Origin: Dehalococcoidia bacterium
GTDB taxonomy: Bacteria; Chloroflexota; Dehalococcoidia; Lucifugimonadales; VXLM01
Direction of reading: 5' to 3'
DNA: 64,000 nt
Assembly: GCA_034423035.1 (NCBI GenBank)
Contig: DAOUJF010000025.1
Coordinates: 64,349-128,348, forward strand
How positions within the stretch are numbered: position 1 is the first letter of the stretch; each line of letters begins with the position of its first letter. The notes beneath the pieces were generated by a model that was not told where the DNA came from, made no database searches, and saw nothing but the letters and a program-made list of their open reading frames with translations. Below, one piece after another: positions 1 to 9,009 of this stretch. Position numbers and translations under genes: made by a program.

Positions 1-1
1 G

Positions 2-721
2 GAAGCGCGCGAGGCCGGCGTAGGAATCTACCCCCCGATGGGGCGCGACACGTATGACGACCGCTTCCACGATGTCACGATTGAGATGTCGAGGGCAGTA
101 GCGGGAAACTACCTTGCGGAGGGAGCAGACGGAGTGTATCTGGCCGATCTCCAGTGGCCCCACACGAACACCGAGTATGAGGTTCTGCGCGAGATGGCCG
201 ACCCTGACGCGTACGCGCGCAAGACGAAGCACTACCCCATTGCGCCGCGCACTGCCAGGCCCGACCCATATCTCCCGGAGCGTGTGCTGCCGGTCACCCT
301 CGAACAGGGTACGACGGCCACGGTATCGGTTCCCGTGAGCGACGACTTCGAATCAGCTATCGAAGACGACGAACTGGATAGCATTACCTTGGGAGTCAGG
401 CTGGTGCAGCCTCATCCGAACGACACGATTACGTACAAGATCAACGGACACGCGCTCTCGACTGACGAGTCGAAGACCACGCACTTCTACGGTGGCCTCG
501 TGCCCTACATGCCCGTGAAGGTGGGAATGCCGCAGAGGATCAACACGCACTATTGGTTGGAGTTCGACGTTCCACACAACGTTATCAAGCACGGCGACAA
601 TGTCGTAGAGGTAACTATGGAAAATCGCTGGGAGCGGTTCCTCGCCGACCGCGTCCTTCAGTCGGTCGAGATATGGGTGCGGTACAAGGACCTGCCAATT
701 CAGGTCACTGGGCAGATGTAA
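2..721 (+). CDS. C-terminal part (5' end outside window) of a glycosyl-hydrolase-like family protein; paralog of 25702-27261 and 29506-31137
   Basis: Frame 2 is open from nt 2 (EAREAGVGIYPP precedes the listed M at 38). AVAGNYLAEGADGVYLADLQW...DPDAYARKTKHY aligns by eye with ALAARFWDAGVDGFYLFNYF...REKLPRLNKRY and ALASNMYGAGADGVSSFNYQ...DPAVIRAKHRTY of the two full-length paralogs. All three share a beta-rich C-terminal tail. Confidence 0.7.
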   Translation, partial: EAREAGVGIYPPMGRDTYDDRFHDVTIEMSRAVAGNYLAEGADGVYLADLQWPHTNTEYEVLREMADPDAYARKTKHYPIAPRTARPDPYLPERVLPVTLEQGTTATVSVPVSDDFESAIEDDELDSITLGVRLVQPHPNDTITYKINGHALSTDESKTTHFYGGLVPYMPVKVGMPQRINTHYWLEFDVPHNVIKHGDNVVEVTMENRWERFLADRVLQSVEIWVRYKDLPIQVTGQM

Positions 722-810
722 GCGCCGGTCTGATTGGAAGTCGGGAACCCACCTGTGACTAAGAGGGTGTTTCGGAAGTGTTTTTGGGAAACCTGAAGGT
801 GATTATCCCC

Positions 811-876
811 CGCTCGTCCTGAGCCTGTCGAAGGGCGGTTCATGGTTCGACAAGCTCACCAGGAACGGGGTTCACG
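811..876. repeat. REP family 1 (CTGAGCCTGTCGAAGGG ... TTCGACAAGCTCACC..GAACGG)
   Basis: Same family seen at 6551-6595, 17811-17842, 25558-25586, 31158-31226 and 58285-58320. Confidence 0.7.
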
Positions 877-893
877 GACTTCGGAAACACTCC

Positions 894-1307
894 CTAAGAG
901 AACGAAACGCAGGTGTCTTCCATCACCTTGAGCACTGACTCCTGGTTGAATTGGCTCTTATACTCTTCAGCGATTTCATCGATCAATCGGTTATTGCTCT
1001 CACCATGCTGAGCGAGAATAACGAGCAGCTTCGAGCGTTCTCTCTTGACTTGCCCATCGCTTCCCCGCCATTGGCCCATGCCGTCCAGTACGGTTAGGCC
1101 GTCCGGGAATCTCGGGGTCACCGATTCGGCGAGGAAAGTCTCCCAGTCCTCGTCGTCCACTAACTCACCGTCCGGTCCGCTTCGGCCCATGAACAGCTGA
1201 TACTCCACGAATTGGTCCGTCTCATCTGGACATACGGGAGCGTCCGCCTGAGAACAGCCCATGACAAGCAACAACAGGCTTGCCGATAGCAACGCACCAT
1301 AAATCAT
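894..1307 (-). CDS. DUF3574-like lipoprotein
   Basis: Signal peptide with lipobox (LLLLVMGC). YQLFMGR...TPRFPDGLTVLDGMGQW...KSQFNQESVL pattern recalled from DUF3574. Confidence 0.6.
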   Translation of the reverse strand: MIYGALLSASLLLLVMGCSQADAPVCPDETDQFVEYQLFMGRSGPDGELVDDEDWETFLAESVTPRFPDGLTVLDGMGQWRGSDGQVKRERSKLLVILAQHGESNNRLIDEIAEEYKSQFNQESVLKVMEDTCVSFS

Positions 1308-1576
1308 CCCACTACCAATGTTGCCTTATATGGCTTGTCACTTCCAATACCTCGTCCTGAGGAGACGCTAAGGTCATTCGTGGCCCCCGCATGTGATCCA
1401 TCGATTAGGGGAGAACACTATCTGGAGAACCGGCGGCTTACCTTCTTCCTCCGCCCGTTGGAGTCTTGTGGGCCATTCTACACAAAGCCGTCACCCCTAG
1501 TGAGAAGCCATTTGGTTCGAGGGAACCCACAGAGAACCCGTGATGGTTTCTGATCAGTCACCTCAACGATCCCAAT

Positions 1577-1690
1577 CCCTCACCTAATTCGGACGGGCAA
1601 TATGACGCACTGCCTCCGATGCTACGACGATGCACCTCGCCGGGGATGGATTCCGGCCTCCGCCGGAATGACGGAGGTGGGGGATTTTGG
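1577..1690. repeat. ~110-nt structured repeat, copy R1 (nested hairpins, ends in a REP-type ATTCCGGC/GCCGGAAT hairpin)
   Basis: Hand alignment with 62121-62233 gives about 110 nt with 5 mismatches, in the same orientation. Confidence 0.75.
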
Positions 1691-1775
1691 ACGATGGCCG
1701 TGTTGACTTCAAGAGCATCTATTGCTAACCTACCGTGCGATTTAGAACACCTATTACTGTCGGGAGAAGAACTAC

Positions 1776-2021
1776 ATGGCATCAACCGAAGACCGCATTA
1801 GAACCCTATTGGCCGAGAACCTTGAGGTCGATGGAAAGCCGCTGCCTCAACCTGTGGACTTTACCCAGGGCCTTTCAGACGTCGGCGTGTCATCCATGGA
1901 CATCGTCGCATTTGCGAAGGTTGTCGCCAATGAATTCGATGTAAGTTTCACGCCGGAGCTTTGCCAGACTCTAAGTACCTTGGATGACTTGGTGAAGTGT
2001 CTCGATGGCCGGATGAACTGA
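1776..2021 (+). CDS. stand-alone acyl/peptidyl carrier protein
   Basis: 81 aa with a phosphopantetheine attachment motif (DVGVSSMDIV) in the usual helix-2 position. Confidence 0.75.
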   Translation: MASTEDRIRTLLAENLEVDGKPLPQPVDFTQGLSDVGVSSMDIVAFAKVVANEFDVSFTPELCQTLSTLDDLVKCLDGRMN

Positions 2022-2075
2022 ACGATCGCTCTTCGCGAGTGAGCCTCCTTCGCTCCTTGTGAACCCTCAACGACT

Positions 2076-2813
2076 ATGCTTGCCTCCCAAGCCGTGTGCT
2101 GGTGGCGGCCCTTCAGGACCATTGGCGCGGTTACGGTTCTGTACGTCGACTTAAGTGAGAATCCTGCCCGCGAATCTGCCGCCCTGGCCTGGCTTGATGA
2201 ACGGGAGTTGGAACGGTTGGAGAGGTTCTTGTTTGATGGACCTCGCCGACGGTTCGCTCTTTGTCGCGCGGCTCTTCGCGCTGCTGTCACCGACCGGCTT
2301 GACTGTGAAAATGAGCGGTTGGATTTCGAGACAACTGTGCATGGCAAGCCGGTTGCTTTTGTGGACGGGAAGCCGGCTTCCATCAGCTTCAACGTCAGTC
2401 ATAGTGGCAGGCATGGACTTATCGCCATCGCGCCGGAAGGACGAATAGGCGTTGACGTGGAAGAGCGCGTCGCTCACCGTAATCTGGACCTTCTCATCCA
2501 GGGAGTCTTTGGCAAGACCGAACAAGCGGAATTGACGTCTGCCCAGGGACACGGGAAACTCCACCTGTTCTTCCGGCTCTGGACAATAAAGGAAGCCCTT
2601 ATCAAGGCTCACGGGATGGGCTTTGCGCTCGACGTTTCCAGTTTCGAGGTTCCTCATGATATGTTCTACGGCAAGGTCTCGATAGAAATGCAGTTGCCTC
2701 AATCGCCGGAGGTCACTTGGCGAGTGGAAGACATGGGTAACGATTGTTTCGCAGCCGCAATCGCCTATGAAAGCAGGACTGCAGAAAGCACCGAAAGACC
2801 GGTAGCCACATGA
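2076..2813 (+). CDS. 4'-phosphopantetheinyl transferase, Sfp type
   Basis: Motifs FNVSHSGRHGLIAI, GVDVEE and WTIKEALIKAHG. The exact start is uncertain. Confidence 0.8.
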   Translation: MLASQAVCWWRPFRTIGAVTVLYVDLSENPARESAALAWLDERELERLERFLFDGPRRRFALCRAALRAAVTDRLDCENERLDFETTVHGKPVAFVDGKPASISFNVSHSGRHGLIAIAPEGRIGVDVEERVAHRNLDLLIQGVFGKTEQAELTSAQGHGKLHLFFRLWTIKEALIKAHGMGFALDVSSFEVPHDMFYGKVSIEMQLPQSPEVTWRVEDMGNDCFAAAIAYESRTAESTERPVAT

Positions 2814-3718
2814 CAAACCCGGAGACCGTCTGGGAGGTGCCCGAACCGCTTTCCACGTTGGATGTTCGCATGGACGACGACACCGTCATCACCCTGCGGC
2901 GTCACGGAAACCCCGATGGTCCTCGACTCGTGCTCTCCCACGGCAACGGTCTGGCGATCGATCTCTACTACCCCTTCTGGTCTCTACTGACCGACGCCTT
3001 TGACGTAATAGTCTACGACCTCAGGAACCACGGCTGGAACGCTGTCAGCGCCATTGAAAACCACAACATCCCTACGCTGGTCAACGATCACGACAGCATT
3101 GTCGATGCTATCGATCGTCACTTCGGGGTGAAGCCCAAAGTAGGAGTCTTCCATTCCGTATCCGGGCTGATATCGCTCTTGTCCCCCACAAAAGGCAGCG
3201 GCTATAGAGCGCGAGTACTGTTTGACCCTCCCATGTGCAAGCCGGGTCGCAGCTACTTCGAATTCGAGGAGGCCACCGTCAGAGTCGTCGCGTTGACACA
3301 GCAACGCACGCATCGATTCAAGACAAGGGAATCTTTTTCTGATCTACTCAGCTATCTGCCACCCTTTCAGCATGTGGCGCCGGGCGTCAACGATCTCTTT
3401 GCGAAAACGACGTTGCGGGAGTCCGCGGATGAGGAGGGGTATGTGCTCAGGTGTCCCCGGGAATACGAAGCCCAGATGATAGATTACGCCGGCATCTATG
3501 CCGTGCTAATCGACTTCAATACTATGAAGTGTCCGACGAAGGTTATCGGCGCCGACCCCACCCTTCCGTACTCCTATCTCCCAACCCTCGACCTCAGCGA
3601 CATCATGGCTGTCGACTACGATTTCCTGCCGGAGGCAACTCACTTACTCCAATTGGAGGAACCGGAGCAATGCGCCGAGGCACTGCTCGATTTCCTCGTT
3701 GAGAGTGAATTCGTCTGA
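2810..3718 (+). CDS. alpha/beta-fold hydrolase
   Basis: LSHGNG oxyanion-type motif and FHSVSG nucleophile elbow. ATG overlaps the PPTase stop (ATGA at 2810-2813). Confidence 0.7.
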   Translation: MTNPETVWEVPEPLSTLDVRMDDDTVITLRRHGNPDGPRLVLSHGNGLAIDLYYPFWSLLTDAFDVIVYDLRNHGWNAVSAIENHNIPTLVNDHDSIVDAIDRHFGVKPKVGVFHSVSGLISLLSPTKGSGYRARVLFDPPMCKPGRSYFEFEEATVRVVALTQQRTHRFKTRESFSDLLSYLPPFQHVAPGVNDLFAKTTLRESADEEGYVLRCPREYEAQMIDYAGIYAVLIDFNTMKCPTKVIGADPTLPYSYLPTLDLSDIMAVDYDFLPEATHLLQLEEPEQCAEALLDFLVESEFV

Positions 3719-3784
3719 CCGTTCATCTGAGCCGGGTCCACGTAAGCGGTCCCGGAGTGGGCAGAGCACACCGGTCGGTCCAAG

Positions 3785-5599
3785 CTAACCGTCGATCCGC
3801 ACCGTCACGATGTCCATGCCGTGGTACTTCTGGTGCTTGACCGAAGATGCGTAATGTCGCAGCAGCCGGAATGATACCTCCCTGTCATCATCCACTTCGG
3901 TTTCATCGTCGAGATACGCAAGCCGGTCTTCCAGGTTTTCTTCTTCAGAGGCCGTAACGAACTCCAACTCTACTGCCGCTCCGTCGGGACGTGCGGAAAT
4001 GATGAGACGTGGAGTCCTGTCCAGCGGGTCCTGGTTCGCTTCCTGCAGCAAGCTCGAAAGCGTCTCTTCACCCGCGGACCGCAGCCGCTCTGATGGGCCG
4101 GCCTCCCAACCCAACTTGGCCGCAATTTCTCCGAGGAAGGCATCGACCCGGGGAAGGTCTGCCATATCCAACGAGACTTCAAGACGCCTGCGTCGTGGAC
4201 TCGTGAATTCCAGAAACATCGTTAGCCCGATCGCCGCTGCGGCGCCCACGGTGATGCCGTTGCCCAGCAGCGCTCCCCAGGGACTTCCCAGCAGGTCCTG
4301 GAGGAAGTTCTGATTCTGCATCCCCAGGCCAATTGAGAACGACAGTCCGGCGACGAGCGCCTTCTGAAGGTCAAGCCCGGCCCTTGACAGGGTCTGTATT
4401 CCTTCTACAAAGAACATGCCAATTGCCAATAGAAGAAACCCGCCCATTACCGGGCTGGGGATGATAAGCAACGTCCCGGTGAGTTTTGGGAATAGCGCAA
4501 GCACCAACAGGATTCCGCCCATTGCATAGCCGACGGTGCGCGCGGCCACGCCGGTGAGGTTGACGAGCGATACGGTAAAGGAAGAATACGACGAAGAGGG
4601 TGGTGTCCCGGCAATGCCTGACATCAAGATGCCTAGTCCATTCGCCAAGACTGAGCCTTGAATCATGCGATAGTCGGTCGCCCGCGGCTTTCTCCTGGCC
4701 ACGTGCTGCACGATCGAGGCGTCGCCTATCCCCTTGATGGCCTGTATCAGGGTCACGACCAAGAACATTGGCAACAAGGCCCAGAATCCTACTGTCGGCG
4801 TCAGGTCCAGACCCGGAAACTGCAATTCGGGGATTCCGATCCAGCGTGCCTCGTACAGGGGTTCGAGATCGTACAGACCGAACGGAATGGCGACGGCACA
4901 CCCGGCCCCGATCCCAATGAGCAGCGAGAGTGGTCGCATGATTCCCGGGCCCCGCAGGATGGATAGCGTTGACACGACCAGGGTGACCGCGGCAACAACC
5001 GGACCCGCCGCCATCGACGCCCCTTCCGGCACTTCCTGCAGCCTGTCGAAACAGATTGGAAGGATCGTTGCAGCTATCAGCATCAAAACGGTTCCCGACA
5101 CGACCGGTGTGAGCACTCGCCTCAACAGAGGCAGCCACATCGCAACTGCCAAGTAGAAGAGCGACGAAAGAACGATGAGGCTCGCCAGCATGGAGGGCCC
5201 GCCCTCTTCCAACGCGATCACGGATACGGCGATGAAGTTGGGAGTAACCCCGACGACCAGCAGGTGGCCCCCTCCCAGCCTCCCAATCTTGGCCGCCTGC
5301 AGCATGATGACTGCAGCGACGATCAGCAGCGTCGCGAATACCGCCCACGTCAGGTACTCTTCGCCCTGGCCCGTTGCCAAAACGGTAACGGCCACGATCA
5401 AAACCGTCGGAGCAAGCACCAGCGTTATGCCCTGGGCTCCGACTCCGATTGCAACAAGGGGGGAACACTTCTCGTCAGGCTCGAAGCGAATCTCTTTGTT
5501 GGGACGTGCCGATGCCAACGGGACCTCCAGGCAGCCGACGAACGACTGCCGAAGTGTATCACCATACTGCCAGTCGATGCGGGGCGCGCCCCCAACCAT
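3785..5599 (-). CDS. NCS2 (xanthine/uracil/vitamin C) family permease with a ~150-aa C-terminal soluble extension
   Basis: Long polytopic hydrophobic body. Family-signature-like IIPSPVMGGFLLLAIGMFFVEG. Acidic non-membrane tail (last ~150 aa). Confidence 0.65.
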   Translation of the reverse strand: MVGGAPRIDWQYGDTLRQSFVGCLEVPLASARPNKEIRFEPDEKCSPLVAIGVGAQGITLVLAPTVLIVAVTVLATGQGEEYLTWAVFATLLIVAAVIMLQAAKIGRLGGGHLLVVGVTPNFIAVSVIALEEGGPSMLASLIVLSSLFYLAVAMWLPLLRRVLTPVVSGTVLMLIAATILPICFDRLQEVPEGASMAAGPVVAAVTLVVSTLSILRGPGIMRPLSLLIGIGAGCAVAIPFGLYDLEPLYEARWIGIPELQFPGLDLTPTVGFWALLPMFLVVTLIQAIKGIGDASIVQHVARRKPRATDYRMIQGSVLANGLGILMSGIAGTPPSSSYSSFTVSLVNLTGVAARTVGYAMGGILLVLALFPKLTGTLLIIPSPVMGGFLLLAIGMFFVEGIQTLSRAGLDLQKALVAGLSFSIGLGMQNQNFLQDLLGSPWGALLGNGITVGAAAAIGLTMFLEFTSPRRRRLEVSLDMADLPRVDAFLGEIAAKLGWEAGPSERLRSAGEETLSSLLQEANQDPLDRTPRLIISARPDGAAVELEFVTASEEENLEDRLAYLDDETEVDDDREVSFRLLRHYASSVKHQKYHGMDIVTVRIDG

Positions 5600-5761
5600 T
5601 CAATGATCGCCTGAGGGTTCCCCTGCCGTCCGAAGGCGTGACGTCGGGCCCGCGTCTTCCGTTTCGGTTGACGGGCACAACTGCGATTGCTACACTCCAT
5701 CGGTCGTTTCAAACACCTTCCGGCGCGTTCCTAATCCGCCGCAGGTATACGGGGAGCCAAC

Positions 5762-6517
5762 ATGGGCGAGGTAGACCTCCACTTCAAGTCTTCGGTGCCG
5801 ACCTTCGACGCTTGTGTTGCGCTTGGGAGGCGCTTTGATCGTTACGTCCGCGAGGACACGGTGGAGGGCACCCTCGACGTTATGGACAAGGCGGGAGTTG
5901 ACAAGGCATTGGTCTACTCCCCGCACTCGATAGACTTCGACGCCGAGCAGGGAAACGCCTTGCTCATGGAGGAGATCCGAGGTCAGTCGCGACTCGTCCC
6001 GCAGTTCGCCGTCAATCCCAGCTACGACGACATGGAGGCATTCGGCGCGACTCTTCATGAGTTGGGCGTGCGCTCGGTACGGATGGCCCCGGAAAAGCAC
6101 CGCTTCCCCTTCCGCGATTGGGTCGTCGGTCCGTGGCTGGAGTGGCTTGCGTCGGAGAACCTGCCGCTGTGGCTCGACGCGACACAGTTCGACCCCGTCG
6201 ACCTCCATGACACCATGAAGAACTTCCCCGACACAAAGATCGTGCTGAGCGAGGTGCATTACATCAACATCGGGTGGGCGGTCCCAGCCCTCAAGAGTCT
6301 GCCGAATCTCTCGATTGAGATCTCGCGTTTCCTCATCCCCGACGGTGTCAACACCCTGATAGATGCCATCGGTGCGGACCGCGTCCTGTTCGGCTCTCGA
6401 TTCCCCGATTCCCCGATGGCCCCGATGCTTTACAGCCTTCACCGCAGCGGTCTGTCCGACGAGGAACTGCGGGCCATCTGCGCCGGCAACCTTGAGCGTC
6501 TGCTTTCCGTCGACTAA
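5762..6517 (+). CDS. amidohydrolase-2 type TIM-barrel metal-dependent hydrolase
   Basis: Overall pattern (GVDKALVYSP..., VRMAPEKH..., DRVLFGSRFP, NLERLL) typical of the amidohydrolase-related family. Confidence 0.6.
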   Translation: MGEVDLHFKSSVPTFDACVALGRRFDRYVREDTVEGTLDVMDKAGVDKALVYSPHSIDFDAEQGNALLMEEIRGQSRLVPQFAVNPSYDDMEAFGATLHELGVRSVRMAPEKHRFPFRDWVVGPWLEWLASENLPLWLDATQFDPVDLHDTMKNFPDTKIVLSEVHYINIGWAVPALKSLPNLSIEISRFLIPDGVNTLIDAIGADRVLFGSRFPDSPMAPMLYSLHRSGLSDEELRAICAGNLERLLSVD

Positions 6518-6550
6518 GGCAACGTGGAACCTACAGCCGCTTTGTCTCAC

Positions 6551-6595
6551 CCAGCTAGGGCCTTCGACAGGCTCAGGCCGAACGGGATGGACGAC
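6551..6595. repeat. REP family 1 copy
   Basis: agggccttcgacaggctcaggccgaacgg. Confidence 0.6.
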
Positions 6596-6698
6596 CTTAC
6601 TGTGGCAGTGGAAATGCCCTGAGTCGCAAGAAGATACTCTTGCAAAGCCGCGCTTTCCTCCTGATACTAATGACCATCGCGTCCCGGAGTGACTACGC

Positions 6699-7853
6699 AT
6701 GAACCGAACGACCGACGTTGCCATAATCGGCGGAGGAGTTGTCGGTTGTTCCATTGCCTACCAGCTCGGCAAACGGGGCATCAGAAGCACGGTCTTTGAA
6801 AAGGACCGCCTTGCGTCGAGCGCGTCCGGAGCTACAGCAGGCATCGTGGGCCCGATCTGGTATGTTGACCACACGATAAAACCGTACTTCGAATTGGCGA
6901 TGCGCAGCCTGGACATGTTCCCAAAGCTGACCGAGGAACTCAAGGTTGCGGGGGTCGACCCCGAGTACCGCGATTCCGGCGTTATGAAGGTCGCCCTCAC
7001 CGACGAACTGCACGATGTCCTCAAGGAAAACCTCATCTGGCAGGGCGAACTCGGCATTGGCGTACACTGGATCGACCGCGACGAGCTTCGTGAGCGCGAG
7101 CCGCACATCACCCCCGAAGCTCAGGGGGCAGTCCTCTCTCCGCAGGAAGGCTCCATTCGCGGCGAGGCATTCGTCAACTCACTCGCACATGCAGCCTCCG
7201 CGCTCGGCGCGGTAATACTGGAGCGCACGGAGGTGACGGGCCTCGAATTCGACGGCAGCCGGGTCATCGGCGTCCGCACCGTCCTCAACGAGACTCACTA
7301 TGCCAACCATACCGTCCTTGCCGCCGGCGCTTGGACCGGTCTCGCGGGTCGCTGGCTCCCGGAGACCATTCCCGTGCGTCCGGTAAAGGGCCAGCGCATC
7401 ACCCTGCGGATGCCGGGCTTCCTTCCCAGCGGTCCGATCCAGAGCGTCATTCCCAGGAACGATGGCACGATGCTGGCCGCAGCCACCCGTGAGGAGGGCG
7501 TCTTCGATCATCGGATAACCGCGGCCGTCCAGGAGATGTTCAACAACGCCACCGCCGTGTACCCGATGCTGCGGGACGCTGAGTTCGTTGGAGCGAGGGC
7601 GGGAATCCGCCCCGGGTCTCCCGACGGGATGCCGATACTCGGCCCCGTGCCTGGATGGGAAGGGTTGAGCGTCGCGTCGGGACACGATCACGTCGGCATC
7701 ATCCTCAGCCCGGCGACCGGCGTGGACATGGCAGACTACATCGAGACGGGGGATGCCTCAGGACTCGACTTCTTCAGCATCGAGCGCTTCACGGACGGGC
7801 GGCCCCAGTTCAGCCCGGAGACCCTCTTCACCAACATCACCTACGACAAATAG
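6699..7853 (+). CDS. FAD-dependent oxidoreductase (DAO / glycine-oxidase-like)
   Basis: N-terminal dinucleotide-binding fold DVAIIGGGVVGCSIAYQLGKRG. DAO-family length and C-terminal GHDHVGI. Confidence 0.75.
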   Translation: MNRTTDVAIIGGGVVGCSIAYQLGKRGIRSTVFEKDRLASSASGATAGIVGPIWYVDHTIKPYFELAMRSLDMFPKLTEELKVAGVDPEYRDSGVMKVALTDELHDVLKENLIWQGELGIGVHWIDRDELREREPHITPEAQGAVLSPQEGSIRGEAFVNSLAHAASALGAVILERTEVTGLEFDGSRVIGVRTVLNETHYANHTVLAAGAWTGLAGRWLPETIPVRPVKGQRITLRMPGFLPSGPIQSVIPRNDGTMLAAATREEGVFDHRITAAVQEMFNNATAVYPMLRDAEFVGARAGIRPGSPDGMPILGPVPGWEGLSVASGHDHVGIILSPATGVDMADYIETGDASGLDFFSIERFTDGRPQFSPETLFTNITYDK

Positions 7854-7920
7854 CTCTCAACCAACACCAATTCGTCGCAGTGAACTAGGAGCGTAAAGTG
7901 GGAGCACTTCAATGAAAAAC

Positions 7921-7955
7921 CCCCACCGCCATTCCCGCGAAGGCGGGAATCCATC
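7921..7955. repeat. REP family 3 hairpin (CATTCCCGCG-loop-CGGGAATCC)
   Basis: ccattcccgcgaaggcgggaatccat. Family also at 27770-27823, 28463-28490, 44291-44345 and 60031-60070, and inside R1/R2. Confidence 0.7.
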
Positions 7956-8014
7956 GGGAGGGGCAGGCCAGCACATATTGGCAACACGTACAGTCCGAAT
8001 ACATTCGATGCTGG

Positions 8015-8437
8015 TTGGGAAAATGTGACCAGCCAACCGCAATGCCCCAAGACTTGAACCGCAGAGACCTCTCCGAAGACTACGACACGCTCGCACCGGA
8101 CGGCTCGGAAATACGGCTGCTGTCGTCAACGACCCGTGGCAGTATGGTCCACTGTACGCTGAATCCGGGAGAAGTGTCCTTGCCCGTCGCCCACAGGACC
8201 GTCGAGGAGGTCTGGTACGTCATCCAAGGGACGGGCCAAATGTGGCGCAAGTACGGCGACGACGAGCGGGTTGACGACGTTGCCCCGTGCGTGAGCTTGT
8301 CGATACCCGTCGGCGCTCACTTTCAGTTCAGGAACACCGGAAGAGGTCCCCTGCGCATCCTGATCGTCACCATGCCGCCGTGGCCGGGCGAGGATGAGGC
8401 TTATCGTGTCCCCGGACGATGGCCCGTCAAGGGCTAG
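8015..8437 (+). CDS. cupin-domain protein
   Basis: Single cupin barrel motifs HRTVEEVWYVIQGTGQMW and VGAHFQFRNTG. The start could be the internal M at 8039. Confidence 0.6.
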   Translation: MGKCDQPTAMPQDLNRRDLSEDYDTLAPDGSEIRLLSSTTRGSMVHCTLNPGEVSLPVAHRTVEEVWYVIQGTGQMWRKYGDDERVDDVAPCVSLSIPVGAHFQFRNTGRGPLRILIVTMPPWPGEDEAYRVPGRWPVKG

Positions 8438-8754
8438 GTTGCGCTTGACGTCATCTCGCCGCCGGACGGTGTATGGCCGTCACGCGCGGCACGCTTGCGG
8501 CAGGTGGGGCACCCACACTTCGGCTCAGTCCTCTGGACCATGTCGCCGAAGACCAGGGTGTAGAGATCGGAATCGCTGAGGCCGAGGTCTCGTCCGTTTG
8601 CCATGAACTCGTTCATTCTCGCGGTCTTGTCGCGCTCTTCAGCGCCGCTCAGGACTCCGCCGTTGGCGACGACACGCTTGGCATAGCCTCTCAGCGCCTC
8701 GAAGTGCTCGTCCATGAGTTTTTGTGCGTCTACGGTCTTCAATGATTCGGCCAT
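8434..8754 (-). CDS. hypothetical small protein with C-terminal CGCPTC motif
   Basis: GC3-rich ORF. I prefer the internal ATG at 8754, preceded by GGGGAGAAGAG. No family recognised. Confidence 0.4.
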   Translation of the reverse strand: MAESLKTVDAQKLMDEHFEALRGYAKRVVANGGVLSGAEERDKTARMNEFMANGRDLGLSDSDLYTLVFGDMVQRTEPKCGCPTCRKRAARDGHTPSGGEMTSSAT

Positions 8755-9009
8755 GCTGCTCTTCTCCCCATACCCCAACAGTAGTCCTTGAATTCTTATC
8801 ACTTCACCCGCCATCCGCTACAAGCACGTTCTCGGTTATGTTTTTCGGACTTTTCCAATATTCTTGAAAAACGGACTCAGACGCGATCAATCGCTCCACG
8901 AGAGGACCGACTCTGGGTGTGCCTTCTGGCGGCGCTTGTCTTTACGTTTGCTCAGGGGCTGAATACAATGCGGGAGGACTACAAACGAAACCCAGCAGGA
9001 TGAGAGTTC

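Noticed and set aside
1308-1576. A possible riboswitch or leader in the 270-nt region upstream of the DUF3574 gene. I checked by eye for cobalamin, TPP, glycine and ZTP-like strings, for example ACGGGCGGA...GCCGCCGG.
   Set aside because: Only short partial resemblances were found. No complete conserved core of any riboswitch class I know is present, and the gene context does not fit ZTP. This needs an Rfam/Infernal scan.
5690-6754. Long ORFs antisense to, or out of frame with, confidently called genes. They are 5690-6754(-), 4371-5468(-), 12263-13012(+), 20160-21179(-), 21011-21808(+), 24483-25115(+), 38968-39684(+), 40204-41148(+), 52468-54150(-), 59196-60002(+), 60224-61207(-) and 62415-63215(+).
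   Set aside because: They are typical high-GC shadow ORFs. Their translations are Arg/Pro/Gly-rich and low-complexity with no recognisable motifs. Each fully overlaps a gene with clear family signatures on the other strand or frame.
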